Assembly (NCBI RefSeq): GCF_963921235.1
Contig: NC_086108.1
Span: 42,348,001-42,412,000, forward strand
Direction: 5' to 3'
From: Mobula hypostoma
Taxonomy: Eukaryota
DNA length: 64,000 bases
The notes beneath the pieces were generated by a model. The model ran no database searches. It was not told where the DNA came from and saw only the letters and a list, made by a program, of their open reading frames with translations. Shown here piece by piece: positions 25,500-38,056 of the stretch. Position numbers and translations under genes: made by a program. Position 1 is the first letter of the stretch; each line of letters begins with the position of its first letter.

Positions 25500-25657
25500 C
25501 AAACAACACGAATTCTGCAGATGCTGGAAATTCAAGCAACATACATCAAAGTTGCTGGTGAACGCAGCAGGCCAAGCAGCATCTATAGGAAGTGGCGCAG
25601 TCGACGTTTCAGGCCGAGACCCTTCGTCAGGACTAACTGAAGTTAGTATAGAAGTAT
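25500..25657 (-). mobile_element. Penelope 3'-end mini-insertion carrying a hammerhead motif
   Basis: Nearly identical to the 3' end of the Penelope at 62905. Perfect 14-bp TSD atctgccttaaaca at 25486-25499 and 25658-25671. Confidence 0.88.
25598..25634 (-). ncRNA. Minimal type-I hammerhead ribozyme (best-preserved copy)
   Basis: Reverse complement: agtc-CTGACGA-aggGTCTCGGcct-GAAA-CGTC^gactg. Stem I agtc/gact, stem II AGG/CCT, palindromic ACGT in place of stem III, GUC cleavage triplet. Confidence 0.75.
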
Positions 25658-25794
25658 ATCTGCCTTAAACATTTCGTTTGATGAAAAGCTGGCAACCTGA
25701 AATATTAATGTTGTTTCTAACGACAAGTGTTGCCTACCCTGATGAGTGTAACCATTTTCTGTTTTAATGTATGATTTAAACATACTGTCCAGCT

Positions 25795-25945
25795 ATCACA
25801 CACACACCTGCTGGAGGTGGCTCGGACCGAAACGTCGACTGCTTATTCAACCCCATAGATGCTGCCTGACCTGCAGATTTCCTCCAGCATTTTGTGTGTG
25901 TTGCTTGGATTTCCAGTATTGTAGTATCTCTTGTGTTTATGATTT
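25795..25945 (+). mobile_element. Short Penelope-derived fragment
   Basis: ctcggaccgaaacgtcgactg...gatgctgcctgacctgc...cctccagcattttgtgtgtgttgc. Confidence 0.7.
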
Positions 25946-26139
25946 ATTCTCTCCCAACCATTACACAATCACTGCAAGTTACTCATTATTATGTATAAAT
26001 TAAGAAAACTGGACCCCACACAGTCTGGAAAAATGGACGTGGTACAAGCTCAGATGTTAAGCAAAAAATGTTGGAAAATGCATTAGATTACGATAAGACT
26101 ATTTCGAACCGACAAAATGGAAAGACTGATGCAGCGTTG

Positions 26140-27070
26140 CAAGAAGCAGCACCGCTGAGCGAACAGCGCAGCTCGGAAAAGCGGGGAGCGTCGATTCAAG
26201 GGGGTGTCATGGATCCAGTCGGCATCTGATGAGTCAAGGTTCGCTCGGGCGGCCACCCTGATTGGATGCGAGCAGCGCGGGCGCTAGGACAACGGCGCCG
26301 CCAACCCCGTGCGAGCTCGAGCGGCAGTCATCGGGTAAGCGGGACGCATCTGGAAGGTTCTTCATCAAAGCTCCGTCTCGCTGCTGCCGTGTCGATCCGC
26401 ACATTGCCGGGTTTTTTTATTTAGCCACCGCAACATACCGGGCCGAGCCTCGTTTGCGGGGCGGCCGGTGCCCGGTCATCGCCACCCGAACCGGATCAGC
26501 CCCTTCGCGACCCGACCGGCCGATCCGCCCTTCCTCCTACCTGTCAAGACTGGCCGCGCTGCCTCGTTGCTGCGGTGACGGGCGCGCAGGCGCACTGCGC
26601 GTTTCCTGCCCTGATGCTGGGCCGTGGCTGTTCTCCACCGGCGATGGGGAGAGGAATAACGGTCGGTAAGGAGCGGCGATAAACCGAGGCGAACGAAGGA
26701 CGCCACTCGCCGGGCTCTCCAGTCAGTTGCCAGTGGACGGGTATGAATTGCAGCAGTTCTTTGAAGTTGTGAGTGCGTTGTGCGAGGGCGATGGTCTCGG
26801 TCGCCCAGTGGCCCAGCATGAAGCCAGTCCCTCTTTGTGGGAATCTCATTTATAAACCCCACCCTAAACCCGCCGCCGGATTAAGTTAGCGCGGCGGCGA
26901 CTTCGTGTGGCCCCCGATCTATCCTGTCGACAGTTCCCAAGCCCCACGTCCCGGGATTTGGGGAGGGCTAATGCCCCTGATGCCCCTTGAAACCGTTAGA
27001 GATGCCCTAGTGGGATGGTGGGAGAGAGGCCGTGCGGTCCGTAACCTGCGATCTACGACTGTGGTGAGGA
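26140..27070 (+). promoter_or_regulatory. CpG island / WDR47 promoter
   Basis: The only extended CpG- and GC-rich non-repeat stretch in the window. Contains an inverted CCAAT (ctgattgg ~26258), a GC box (ggggcgg ~26458), an NRF1-like GCGCAGGCGCA (26584-26594) and an ETS-like ttcc (~26603). Confidence 0.85.
26600..26665 (+). other. WDR47: Putative non-coding exon 1 of WDR47 (5' end uncertain)
   Basis: Strong donor GTCG|gtaagg at 26665/26666 inside the CpG island. WDR47 exon 2 has an acceptor upstream of its ATG, so an upstream exon is required. Confidence 0.6.
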
Positions 27071-30000
27071 GATCGGTCTTTGTCCCGCCTAGTCACATTA
27101 ACGAAGACTTGGTCTTTGTTTCAATTTGCAATTATTTATTTGGACCAAAACAAATAAGGATCACGCTGGAAAGTCACACTAAAGTAGCGCTGCTCAATAA
27201 CTCCCTTACCATCAACCTTTTGCCTCCCAAAATAAATAAACAGGTTAACATTTTAGATTTCGTATTAGCATCGGGGAAATTACTACAATAAAGTAGAAAA
27301 ATAAAAACAAAAACTGACAATACTGGAAATCTAAAGTAAAAACCACGTCAGGCAGCATTTGTAGGAAGAGAAACAGCTAATGTTTCAGGACTGCTGACCA
27401 GAGTATTTCCAGTATTTTTCCATTTTGTGTTGCAACAAGACTCAAGCTCTAACATTTTTGAAAGCAAATGTAGGTAAAGAATTTTAATCAGAAGTGCAGA
27501 TTATCAGGACCAGTTGGTTCAGGTTGAAAAGAGGGAAGCCATAACCAGCAGAACTAAACTTAGGTTTAATTCTATTGCAGAGTAGTATTTGAACATCTGG
27601 AAAAGTTTGAGTTGATCAAAGAAAAATAGTATAGGACTGTATGAAATAACAGAAGGTGCTGGAATTCAGTCAGCAGGCCAGACAGTATCTGCTGAAGAAA
27701 CAGGTGTTGTTTCAGGTCAGATAGCCTTGATGAGATCCTTTGACCTGGAATGTTAACAGTATTGTTCTTTCCTTAGATGTTGCTGGACCTGCTACGTGTT
27801 TCCAACATTCTATTTTTATTTCACATGGTCAGATCTGAGTTGTACCTTACAAATTTCATTGAATATTTTGAGACAGTCACTATCATGGAAATACTGATAT
27901 TGTCCATGTTGATTTCAGTCATTTCATCTTTGCTTGTGTGCTGTACTTAACAGCACTGTGGGAACACTCTCTATAAGTGGATTTTAGAAGAGATGCTTGC
28001 TGAAGGTATACTGGCCAAAATTTGTCAGGTCAATATATCATTACCAACTGCGGGAGCTTTTTATGCCAAATTGGCTCTTGTGCTGACTGTATTAAAAAAA
28101 CAATAATTTTCAAAGTACAGTACTTAATTGGCTGTAAAATGTTTTGGGGCATTTGGAGTTTGTGGAGGGGATTACTTAGAAAGCATTTTGTTTTTTTAAT
28201 TGTTGATGGACAAAAGATTGACTATTGATCACAACGTAGAAAAGTGGTATACTTGGATTGGACACATTGAAGTTTGGCTGCAGTGGGAAAGAAGAGAAGT
28301 TGAACAGAAGGAGAACTGATTACCTTGAAACAAGGGTTTTTAGATCTTGGAGTTGACACTGAAAGCTTTTTCCCTTGACAGGGAATGGCTGTTCAAAATT
28401 GCAGAATAGCATATCACTTGAGAAGAGAAATTTCTTTATTCAGACGTTATATCTGGAGAGGTTAGTAAGCCAGAGGGAGATGTCCAGGTTGATGGGGAGT
28501 ATTTACAGCATTTTGTTTTTGTTAGATTTCCAGCATTTTTTGCTTATTTGATATTACATTCTTCTTTGTTATCCTGAAGGGAAATGATTTGTGTAGGGTA
28601 TGCTGCCTTCAGTTTATGCCCACTGTCCTTGGTGAATCTTTGTTAATCAGTGATGGCACATAAACCAGGTCAGAGAATTGCCATCGTACACAATATTGCT
28701 TAACTGGAATCAATACATTTCTGCACTCAAGAAAGTACAGAAGGGATCCAACAGGATTTAGTCTGTGATGGAGTGTTTTATTTATGAAGAGACTGGATAA
28801 GCTAGGTTTGTTTTCCTCCGAGTTGAGGAGGCAGAGTAGGGTCCTGATAGAGGCATAGATAGAATGGATTGTAAGATACTTTTACCCATAACAGAAGCAT
28901 CAAAACCTAAAAGATCTAAGATCCTTGACTGGAGTGTGTAGGTATTCAAGAATGATCTCACAGCACTGAAGAATTATCTATGCAAGCACTCAAATCGCTA
29001 AGCTATAGAAAGCTATGGACCAAGTACTTGGTAAAAAGCAATTAGTGTAGATGGTAAAGAGTTATTAAACATCAGTAACTGCTCCTGTGCCGCACAGCTT
29101 TAAGATTGCATTTTAGCTTGTCAGAAAGTTGTGGGTTGAAAACCCACTATAAAGACCAGAGTAATCCTTCTAACTACCATAAATCAAAGTCTCAGTTTAT
29201 CCTTAGAGAAGCAGGATTTTTAAGTACCTGTTAATTCAGAATGCAATTAAATTTGTCTGCCTTCCAAGGAAAATTATACCGACCTTCATTACCGTTATTC
29301 TCCAGCCCATACAGTGATCATGCAGAACTGGTTGCTCCACTTGTGGTTTAACTGGTGTTTTATCAAAGGATTATCTAGAAAGGGTGCAGAAGAGATTCAC
29401 AAGGATGTTGCTTGGGTCACAAGGCTAAAGTTATCAGAGGTTGGACTGGGTTTATTTTCCCTGTAGTAAAGGTTGAGAATTGACATTTTAGAGGTGTGTA
29501 AAATCATGAGCGACAGAAATGAGATGGATAGCTGGAGTAGGAGTGTCTCAAGCTGGGGTATAGCTTTAGATTGAGGAGGAGCTGATTTAAAGGAGATGTG
29601 AGGAGTAAATTTTTCAGAGTGTAGTTAACAAGCATTTTGACAGGCATTTGAATGAGCAAGGTATAGGGGAATATAAAGTGGATGTGGGATTAGTATAGAT
29701 AAGTATGATAATCTCAGTGTCATCTACAAATCTGTGAATCCACCCACTTTCATTTTCATCCAAAGTATCGCTATGTATCAGAGTTGTACTGCATATGTCT
29801 CTGTGTATGCTGTATGATTCTGACTTGTGAATTATTTGTAATTTTCTACCTTGAGGGATGTGGACCTGGAGTTAGTAAGTATACTTATGAATTTGTTAAA
29901 TATCTCAATTTAACAATTAAGAATGTGGAAGTAAAAGACTAGCTTCAGTGAATGGTGGGGCAAGGTCAGTAGGTAGTATTTGTCTTATTGCTATATTCTA

Positions 30001-30123
30001 TGAATTAATTTTTAAGAAGGCTCCAAAATAAAGCATAGCAGAAAAAATGTGTAAATTTGGAGATAATTGCTAATTCAGGACTTAAAATTAGTTAAGAGAA
30101 AGGACACGAATTTGAATTACAAA

Positions 30124-30256
30124 CAAGAGAAAATCTGAAGATGCTGGAAATCCAGCAACACACACAAAATGCTGGAGAAACTCACAGGCCAGGCAGCATC
30201 TAGGAAAAGAGTAGATGCTGCCTAGCCTGCTGAGTTCCAGCATTTTGTGTGTGTTG
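30124..30256. mobile_element. Short Penelope-derived fold-back insertion
   Basis: Inverted arms caacacacacaaaatgctgga / tccagcattttgtgtgtgttg. 13-bp duplication tttgaattacaaa at 30111-30123 and 30257-30269. Confidence 0.8.
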
Positions 30257-31109
30257 TTTGAATTACAAATGTATGATCGTCAGAATATGATATGGGCTAT
30301 ATCCTTAGGAAAACTGCTGGAAGCTGGATCTTTGATTGTTTTTAATAAGGCGGCACATAGATACTTAATAAGCAAAGGGTAAAAGGTTGTTGTATGTAAA
30401 AGGGAATACAAAGTTAGTTTATTATCAAATCTGCCATGATCTCATTAAGTTGTAGAGCAAGCTTGATGGGTCAATTGGCCTATTCCTGCTCTTGACTTCT
30501 AAGTCAGCATTCTTTTTAGTGACATTGATTGAGGGACAAATAGTACTTCACTGGACAGGCCATTTGGACTATAATGTGCCAGTGTTGTTGGCAATTTATA
30601 CTAAATGTCCTCCTCCACTGTATCAATTCCCTTATATTCATGTGTCTATCTAAAAGCCTCTTAAACTCTACCAAACCACTGTTTCCACTACTGCACTACT
30701 ACCCATTCCAGACACTTGACACTCTTGGCATAAACAACTTGCTCTCACATGGCTTTTAAACTACCCACCCACCCAACTTAAAAGCATGTTCTCTGTTGTT
30801 TGACTTTTCTACCCTGGGGGAAAAGATTCTGTCCACCCTATCTATTGCCCTTAATAATTTTTAAAACTTCTATCGGGTCTTTCTTCAGCCTCCAAGCTCT
30901 AGGAAGAACAACACAAGTTTGTCCAAAATTTCCTTATAATGCCTACTCTCTAATCCAGGCAGTATCCTGCTGAACCTCTTCTTCATTCTTTCCACAGTCT
31001 CCACATCCTTCCAATAATAAGGCAATCAGAACGGCACGCAGTATTCCAAATGTGTTCTGATTAGCTTCATATAGCTGCACCATGACTTCCTTGCTTTTAT
31101 AATAATCAA

Positions 31110-32296
31110 CCCTACTACGGGGGGCACTGTTGAGAGCATCCTGACTGGCTACATCACTGCCTGTTATGTACGTCCCTTGATCACAGGACTTTGCAGAGAG
31201 TAATGCAGACAGCCCAGCGCATCTGTAGTTGTGAACTTCCCATGATTCAGGACATTTACAATAACAGGTGTGTAAAAAGGGCCCATAGGATCACTGGGGA
31301 CCCGAGTCACCCCAACCATGATCTATTCCAGCTGCTACCATTTGGGAAACAGTACCGTTGCATAAAAGCCAGGACCAACAGGCTCTGGGACAGCTTCTTC
31401 CACCAGGCCATCAGACTGATTAACTCGCGCTGATTTGAGTGTATTCTATGTTGCATTGACTGTTCTATTTATTATAAATTACTATGATTGCACATTTAGA
31501 CAGAGACGTAACGTGAAGACTTTTACTCCTCAAGTCCTCAGCGGGACTTGGGAGTCCTCGTGCAGGATACCTTTAAGATTAACCTCCAGATTGAGTCAGT
31601 GGTGAAGAAGGCAAATGCAGTGTTGGCATTCATTTCTAGAGGAATAGAGTATAGGAGCAGGGATGTAATGTTGAGGCTCTGTAAGGCACTGGTAAGACCC
31701 CACTTGGAGTACTGTGGGCAGTTTTGGGCTCCTTATTTAAGAAGGGATGTGCTGACGTTGGAGAGGGTTCAGAGAAGATTCACTAGAATGATTCCAGGAA
31801 TGAGAGGGTTAACATGTAAGGAATGTTTGTCTGCTCTTGGACTGTATTCCTTGGAGTTTAGAAGAATGAGGGGGGACCTCATAAACATTTTGAATGTTGA
31901 AAGGCGTGGACAGAGTGGATGTGGCAAAATTGTTTCCCATGGTGGGGGAGTCTAGTACAAGAGGGCATGACTTAAGGATTGAAGGGTGCCCATTCAGAAC
32001 AGAGATGCGGAGAAATTTTTTTAGCCAGAGGGTGGTGAATCTATGGAATTTGTTGCCACGGGCGGCAGTGGAGGCCAAGTCATTGGGTGTATTTAAGGCA
32101 GAGATTAATAGGTATTTGAGTAGCCAGGGCATCAAGGGTTATGGTGAGAAGGCAGGGAAGTGGGACTAAATGGGAGAATGGATCAGCTCATGGTAAAATG
32201 GTGGGGCAGACTCAATGGGCTGAATGGCTGACTTCTCCTTTGTCTTATGGTCTTATGTATGTGAAGGATGTAAGAAATAAAATCAATTCAATTCAA
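31110..32296 (+). mobile_element. Rex/Babar-type LINE 3' end, split by a CR1
   Basis: ORF LQRVMQTAQRICSCELPMIQDIYNNRCVKRAHRITGDPSHPNHDLFQLLPFGKQYR. The 3'UTR resumes at ~32255 and ends in (caatt)n. Confidence 0.8.
31533..32256 (+). mobile_element. CR1 LINE 3' fragment
   Basis: ORFs VKKANAVLAFISRGIEYRS...LVRPHLEYC...RGHDLRIEGCPFRTEMRRNFFSQRVVNLWNLLP, with a (tcttatgg) tail. Confidence 0.9.
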
Positions 32297-32537
32297 TAAT
32301 GAAGGGAATTGTGCCATATACCACCTTTATCACCTTATCTGCTTGCATAGCCACTTTCAATGAACTATGGACCCAAGCCCCAAGATCCTTCTATACCTCA
32401 GTGTTGTCACAGAGTATACCATTAATTATAACCTTTCATTTGACCTCTCAAAGTGGAACACCTCACACTTTCCTAGATTACTCTTTCTGCCAAGATCTGT
32501 AGGTGATCTATATCCCACTGTATTCTCTGATTGTCTT

Positions 32538-32688
32538 AAATCACAAACAAGAGAAAGTCTGCAGATGCTGGAAATCCGAGCAATACACACAAAATGCTGG
32601 AGGAACTCGGCAGGTCAGGCAGCATCTATGGAAAGGGGTACAGTCAATGAGTTGGCCCGCTGAGTTCCTCCAGCATTTTGTGTGTGTA
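32538..32688. mobile_element. Short Penelope-derived fold-back insertion
   Basis: Inverted arms acacacaaaatgctggaggaactc / gagttcctccagcattttgtgtgt. Degenerate 14-bp duplication tctctgattgtctt / tcactgatagtctt. Confidence 0.75.
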
Positions 32689-32790
32689 TCACTGATAGTC
32701 TTTTACACTATCCACATCTCCACCAATGTCGGTATCAATTACAAACTTCTAATTCATCTACCTACGTGTTCGTTCAAACTTATTGAAATG

Positions 32791-33320
32791 CACTCAATAA
32801 TCATTTTATTAGGTACCCCCTGGACCTAGTAAATTGGCCACTGAGTGTGCATTTGTGGTCTTCTGCCCATCCACTACAAGGTTCGATGTGTTGTGTCTTC
32901 AGAGATGCTCTTCTGCAACTCACTGCGTGAGTTGAGTCGTTGTCACCTTCCTGTCAGCTTGAATCAGCCTAGCCGTTTTCCTCTGACCTCTCTCATTAAT
33001 AAGGTGTTTTCACCCACAGAACTGCCACTCATTGGATATTTTTTTATTTTTTTCACCATTCTCTAAATTCTAGAGTGTGTTGGGAGTGAAAATTCCAGGA
33101 GATTAGCAGTTTCAAGCCACTCAAGCCACTCCCTCTGGCACCAACAATCATTCCACGGTCAAAGTCACTGAGATCACATTTTTCCCCACTCTGATGTTTG
33201 GTCTGAACAACAACTGAACCTCTTGACCATGTCTGCATGCTTTTATGCATTGAGTTGCTGCCGCATGATTGGATATTTGCAATAATAAGCTGCTGTTCCT
33301 AATAAAGTGGACACTGAGTG
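32791..33320 (-). mobile_element. Tc1-derived non-autonomous DNA transposon
   Basis: TIRs cactca....c.ttttattagg / cctaataaagtggacactgagtg followed by TA. HTH remnant EKCDLSDFDRGMIVGARGSGLS. Confidence 0.8.
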
Positions 33321-36300
33321 TATATCACAAGCAAGAGGTCCCAGCACCAGTCCTTATGGATCACCACTGACCACAGACCTCCGGCCAGAATAACAGCCTT
33401 CCACTTCTGCTTTCTGACTTCTGTGGCCAGTTATGAGTCCAAATTTGCACCTTCGATCCCATGCATCTTTATCTTTTGAATCAACCTACCATGAGGGACC
33501 TTATCAAATACTTTACTAAAATCTATACAATAGTGTCCACTGCCTTACCCTCATTAGGCTCCTTTGTCACCTCCTTGAAAATCTGAATCAAATTTGTAAG
33601 GCATAACCTGCCTTGCCAAAAGCCAAGCTGACTGTCCATAAGCAGGCATTACTTTTATAGATGCATATAATACATGTAATATTGTTTTCCCTACCATTAA
33701 CATGAGATTTGCTGGTCAATAATATCTAGGTTATCTCCATTGTTAAATAAAGGCACAACATTTTCTACCGTCCAATCTTCTGGAACATCATCAGTTCCTA
33801 GAGAGGAATCAAAAATTATTGTCAAAGCCCCAACAATCTTCTCACTTGCTTCTTTAAATGTTCTGGGTATATGCCATCAAGCACTGGAGACTTAGCAACC
33901 TTAAATGTTTTTCTGAAGACCCAGCATTCTCTCCTCCATAACCTCAAAATGTCAAAGCACATTAGCATACCCCACTCTGTTTTCACTGTCTTCCAAATCC
34001 TTCAGTAATGCCAATGCAAAGTATTCATTTAGTACCTCAGCTACTTACTCTGTCTCCCTGTTTTATCCTTGAGTGGGCCTACCCAGACTTTATTTATCTC
34101 CTTTTTCTTAATGCAAGTTAAAAATGTCTTGGGATTCTCCTTGATCCTGTTTGTGAAGGATATTTCATGGCCCCTTTTTGCCTTCCTAATCACTTGCTTG
34201 TGTACTTTCCTGCTATTCTTATATTCTACGTAAGCCCAGTTGGATTTTAGCATCCTAAACCTCATGTGTGTTTCCTTTTCCTTTCTTGTTGAATTTAGAA
34301 CCTTTCAGATCATCCAAGGATTCCCTGCCTTATCATAGTTGTCCTTACTCCTAATCAGAACATGCCAATCTTGAGCTCTAATCAGCTAGTCTTTAAACAA
34401 CTCCCACATAATTGAGATGTCCTTGTCCAACAACAGCTGCTTCTAATCAATGCTATTTAGCTATTGTCTCATTTTGAAGTAATTTGCCCTCCCTCAATTT
34501 AGTATCTTCCTACAAGATCCAATTACATCCTTACTCATAACATAAGCATAAGAAGTTTTGGTCACTGTTCTCAAAATGTTCTCCTGGCTTGGCTCATTTA
34601 TCAGAACTATGTCCAATATATTCTCTCCTTTAGTTGGACTTTATACCTACTGTTTGAAGAACCCCTCTTGGATGCACAGATGTCCTGCTCCATCTATGCC
34701 TTTTGTATTAAAGAAATTCCAATCAGTACCAGGGAAGTTAGTCTCCCACTATGACAACCCTGTTGTTTCTGTGCCTTCCCATAACCTGTCTACAATTTTG
34801 TTCCTCTATCTTTCAGTGGTCATTAAGGGGCCTATTATATAATGCCATCAGAGTGATTGCACCTTTCTTACTTCTGGACTCCACCTCTGTGGATATGTCC
34901 TCTAGTATGTTCTCTTTGTGTACTGCTGTGAAATTCTGCTTTATCAGTGGTGCAACCTCTTTTACCACCCTCTGAACAGCAAAACCTTGAACGTTGAGCT
35001 GCTATTCCTGTCCATCGTACAACCAGGTCTCTGTAGTGGCAACAACCTTATAATTCCATAATACTTCTAACATTGAAATAAACACATTTCAGCCCATCAG
35101 TTCCACCATGTTTATTAGCCTGTCCATTGCTATCCTTCCTTTCAGTTTTCCCCACAATCCTACCACCTGTTGCCCTGCTGTTGTGGTTCCCAATTCCATG
35201 CCATTCTAGTTTAAACCCTCCTGAGTAAGAAACCTCCCTGTGGGGATATTGGTTTTCCTTGAGTTCAGATCCAAACAGTCTTGTTTGTATAGATCCCAAC
35301 TCAACTAAGAAGAGCCCAATGATCCATAAATCTGAAGCACTCATCCTGCCCCAGTTCCTTAAGCACATATTGAACATTATTTCACTTCACTAGCATGTGG
35401 CATGGATAGTAATCTTGACATCATAACCCTGGAAATCCTGCTTTTAACTTTACCTATTTTCCTAAAATCCATTTGTAGGATGTTATTACTGTTTATACAG
35501 ATTGATATCTGTAGTGGCAAAACTAATCCAAAATCAAATCAAAACATTTGCCATTTGCCTGCGATCGTACAGAGTTGCATGACACCCCACAGGTCCTGTG
35601 ATTGCTCCAAAAGTTGAACCCTTTAATCGATCTTTTATTAACAATTAGTAATCATACAATTAAGCATTATTGAATGTTATTTCAGCAGTCAGCAAAAGAT
35701 ATGACCTCTGCCAATCCCAAACTGCAACGAAATAAGCAAGAATACATAACTTATTCCCTTCACTTTTACTACGGCCCCATTCGTGTGACTGATTACCATA
35801 ATAAACATAGTAAATGCGCAACACAGAATGCAAAGCAGATAGAGAACAGATACATGGCTTCTACATATCTGTATGGATCACAACCTCTTGTTGCTCACTC
35901 TCTCCTCACCAAATGTCCTGTACACACTACAACACAATGTTGAAGTATTGATTGCAGCCACAGAAATATGTATCTGTGCCCCATACTATCAAGTCCCTTA
36001 TCCCTACTGCTCTGCCTGACTTCACCCTTCCCTTGTTTGCCTCAGAGCCAGGCGCAGTGCACTGACCCAGCTACTGCTGCTGCCCTCTGAAAGGTCATTC
36101 CCCTACTCCCTCACCCAGCAGTGTAAAATGAGGTTTACTTGTTACTAGGCCAAATGGCCAAAGATGAACCTTGCATGTGCTGCCTACTTACCTTACTACT
36201 TCTGGTGGTTACTCATTTATTTGTAACCTGCATCTTAGTTGTCACTACTTCACTAAAACTCATCAGCATGATAGATGATCCTGAGTAAATCCAACTGCAT

Positions 36301-36759
36301 CTTTGGTTCCTTGATCCAGTCTGACAGGAGGTACAAATGGATGCACTTTCTACAGATGTGGTCATCAGTGAGATCATGAGGTTCCTTGACTTCTACGTCT
36401 TGCAGAAGAAACATTCCATTGCCCTGGCTACCATTTTGTCTACAATTCAAAGATCACAGATTAACATAGTTTTTACTTAGTCCTCACCTGTGCTTTGTTG
36501 TCAAAGCTCCTTGAGCCAAATGTTCAGCTCCCCACATCTACACTGGGCCACACTCCCAAAGACCACTCCAAGAAAAATATTGTTTATGTATGCTAAGAGC
36601 CTACTAAATTATTTACTATATCCTTTGAAGTCTTTTAATCCACTTGGGAAGGCAGATAGAGAGCCACAGTTTAATTTTTTTTTCTGAAAGATGGTACCTC
36701 AAACTGTTCAACTGTCTCAACAGGAAACCTGAGTGCCAGCCTTAATATGTGCTCTGGTT

Positions 36760-36930
36760 TCTGACTGAGAAGGATTTATCGGCATACATACCAGTCTGTT
36801 GATATTGGTGCATGAATCCAGAGCTGAAGTGTGGGGGTAGAAGGTGTCTGACTGACAGAAATTTATTGGCATACATGCCAATCTGTTAATACTGCTGTGT
36901 AAACCCAGAGCTGAAGTGTGGTCGTTAGAA
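36760..36930 (+). repeat. Imperfect tandem duplication, unit about 87 bp
   Basis: tctgactga...atttat.ggcatacat.cca.tctgtt.ata...ccagagctgaagtgtgg occurs at 36760 and 36847. Confidence 0.8.
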
Positions 36931-38056
36931 CTGGAACTAGGCTGAGTTGTTATGCTTGGTAAACTTTAGTTCTTTATAATAAAATAAAGAATTAAAATTT
37001 TCATGTTTGTTAATGGGAGTCAAGAGTTTGTTTCTTCAAGAGAAGGAAGCAACATCTGCAACTGAGGCTCTAAAGAGAGATTGTACTTTATTTTTAATTG
37101 GGTAAAAATATTGATGAATATTGAACAAAGCAGGTAAATGGGAGGCTTAAGTTCATACACTTTTGTTAAATAAAATGTGTTTTTTGAATGTTCAGAAACA
37201 GATATTGTCTTTTGGAACTTGAGATATGAAACTCTAGGAATGTTTTTATATTTATAGTCATTTCCTCTGCATGTCTGAACTATATGCTTGGCCAGTTCAA
37301 ATGGAGCACTTAAAGTGACTTCCATCATCAAAATCTATGTTTTTCTTTAAGAAAACTGCTATGCCAAGACTTTGGGGCTATTGATAAAATAAGTTATAAT
37401 ACTTTAATGCTGTTGTTTGTCTAATTATAATTTATGATTTGGTTATTTTATTTGTATAATGGGGTGTATATTTCAGTGTGGTAAGGGTAAAAATATTTTT
37501 TGTAGAGTATAAGGTTTGATCTTAGCTAGGAGTAATTTTCAATCCTACACAAAAAACATTTAAAAACAATTAGTTTTAACTTGTAAGAAAAAATAATGAA
37601 CATTCTCAATTAAACACAATAGTTATCAACCAAAAATAAACAAGGTTATAAAGGGTAGATATTTCAGTCTATTTTGCTTGCATGGAATTTCCAAGTTTGC
37701 TCACTCTTGAAGAAATGATGATGCTTCTGTGCAAGATTGCTGACAATGCCCAGGTTGTAGTATGTTTAGCTAATATTTGCATCTGATCCACAAGGAAAAC
37801 ATGAAGATAAAAGGGTTCGTCAACCACAGCAACATTTGTATTTATTAGAACATAGTACTGTACAGCACAGTAGAGTACAAGCCCTTCAGCCCATGATGTT
37901 GTGCCAGCCTTTTAACCCAATCCAAAATTAATCTGGCTCTTCCCTCTCGCATATCCCTCATTTTTCTTTCATCCATCTGCCTATTTAAGAGGGTCTTAAT
38001 CTCCGTAATGTATCTGCCTCTACTACCACCCCCGGCAATGCATTCCATGCACTTAC

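Larger units (their letters stand above)
30560..36480 (-). mobile_element. Old, long CR1 LINE hosting several younger insertions
   Basis: Degenerate ORF remnants IRKAKRGHEISFTNRIKENPKTF and GLKCVYFNVRSI, plus an ORF1-like HICRKCIHLYLLSDWIKE near 36300. The 3' end is at ~30560. Confidence 0.7.

Noticed and set aside
26262..27291. Several 100-135 aa ORFs on both strands in the CpG island
   Set aside because: No recognisable protein similarity. Long ORFs are expected by chance in GC-rich, stop-poor sequence.
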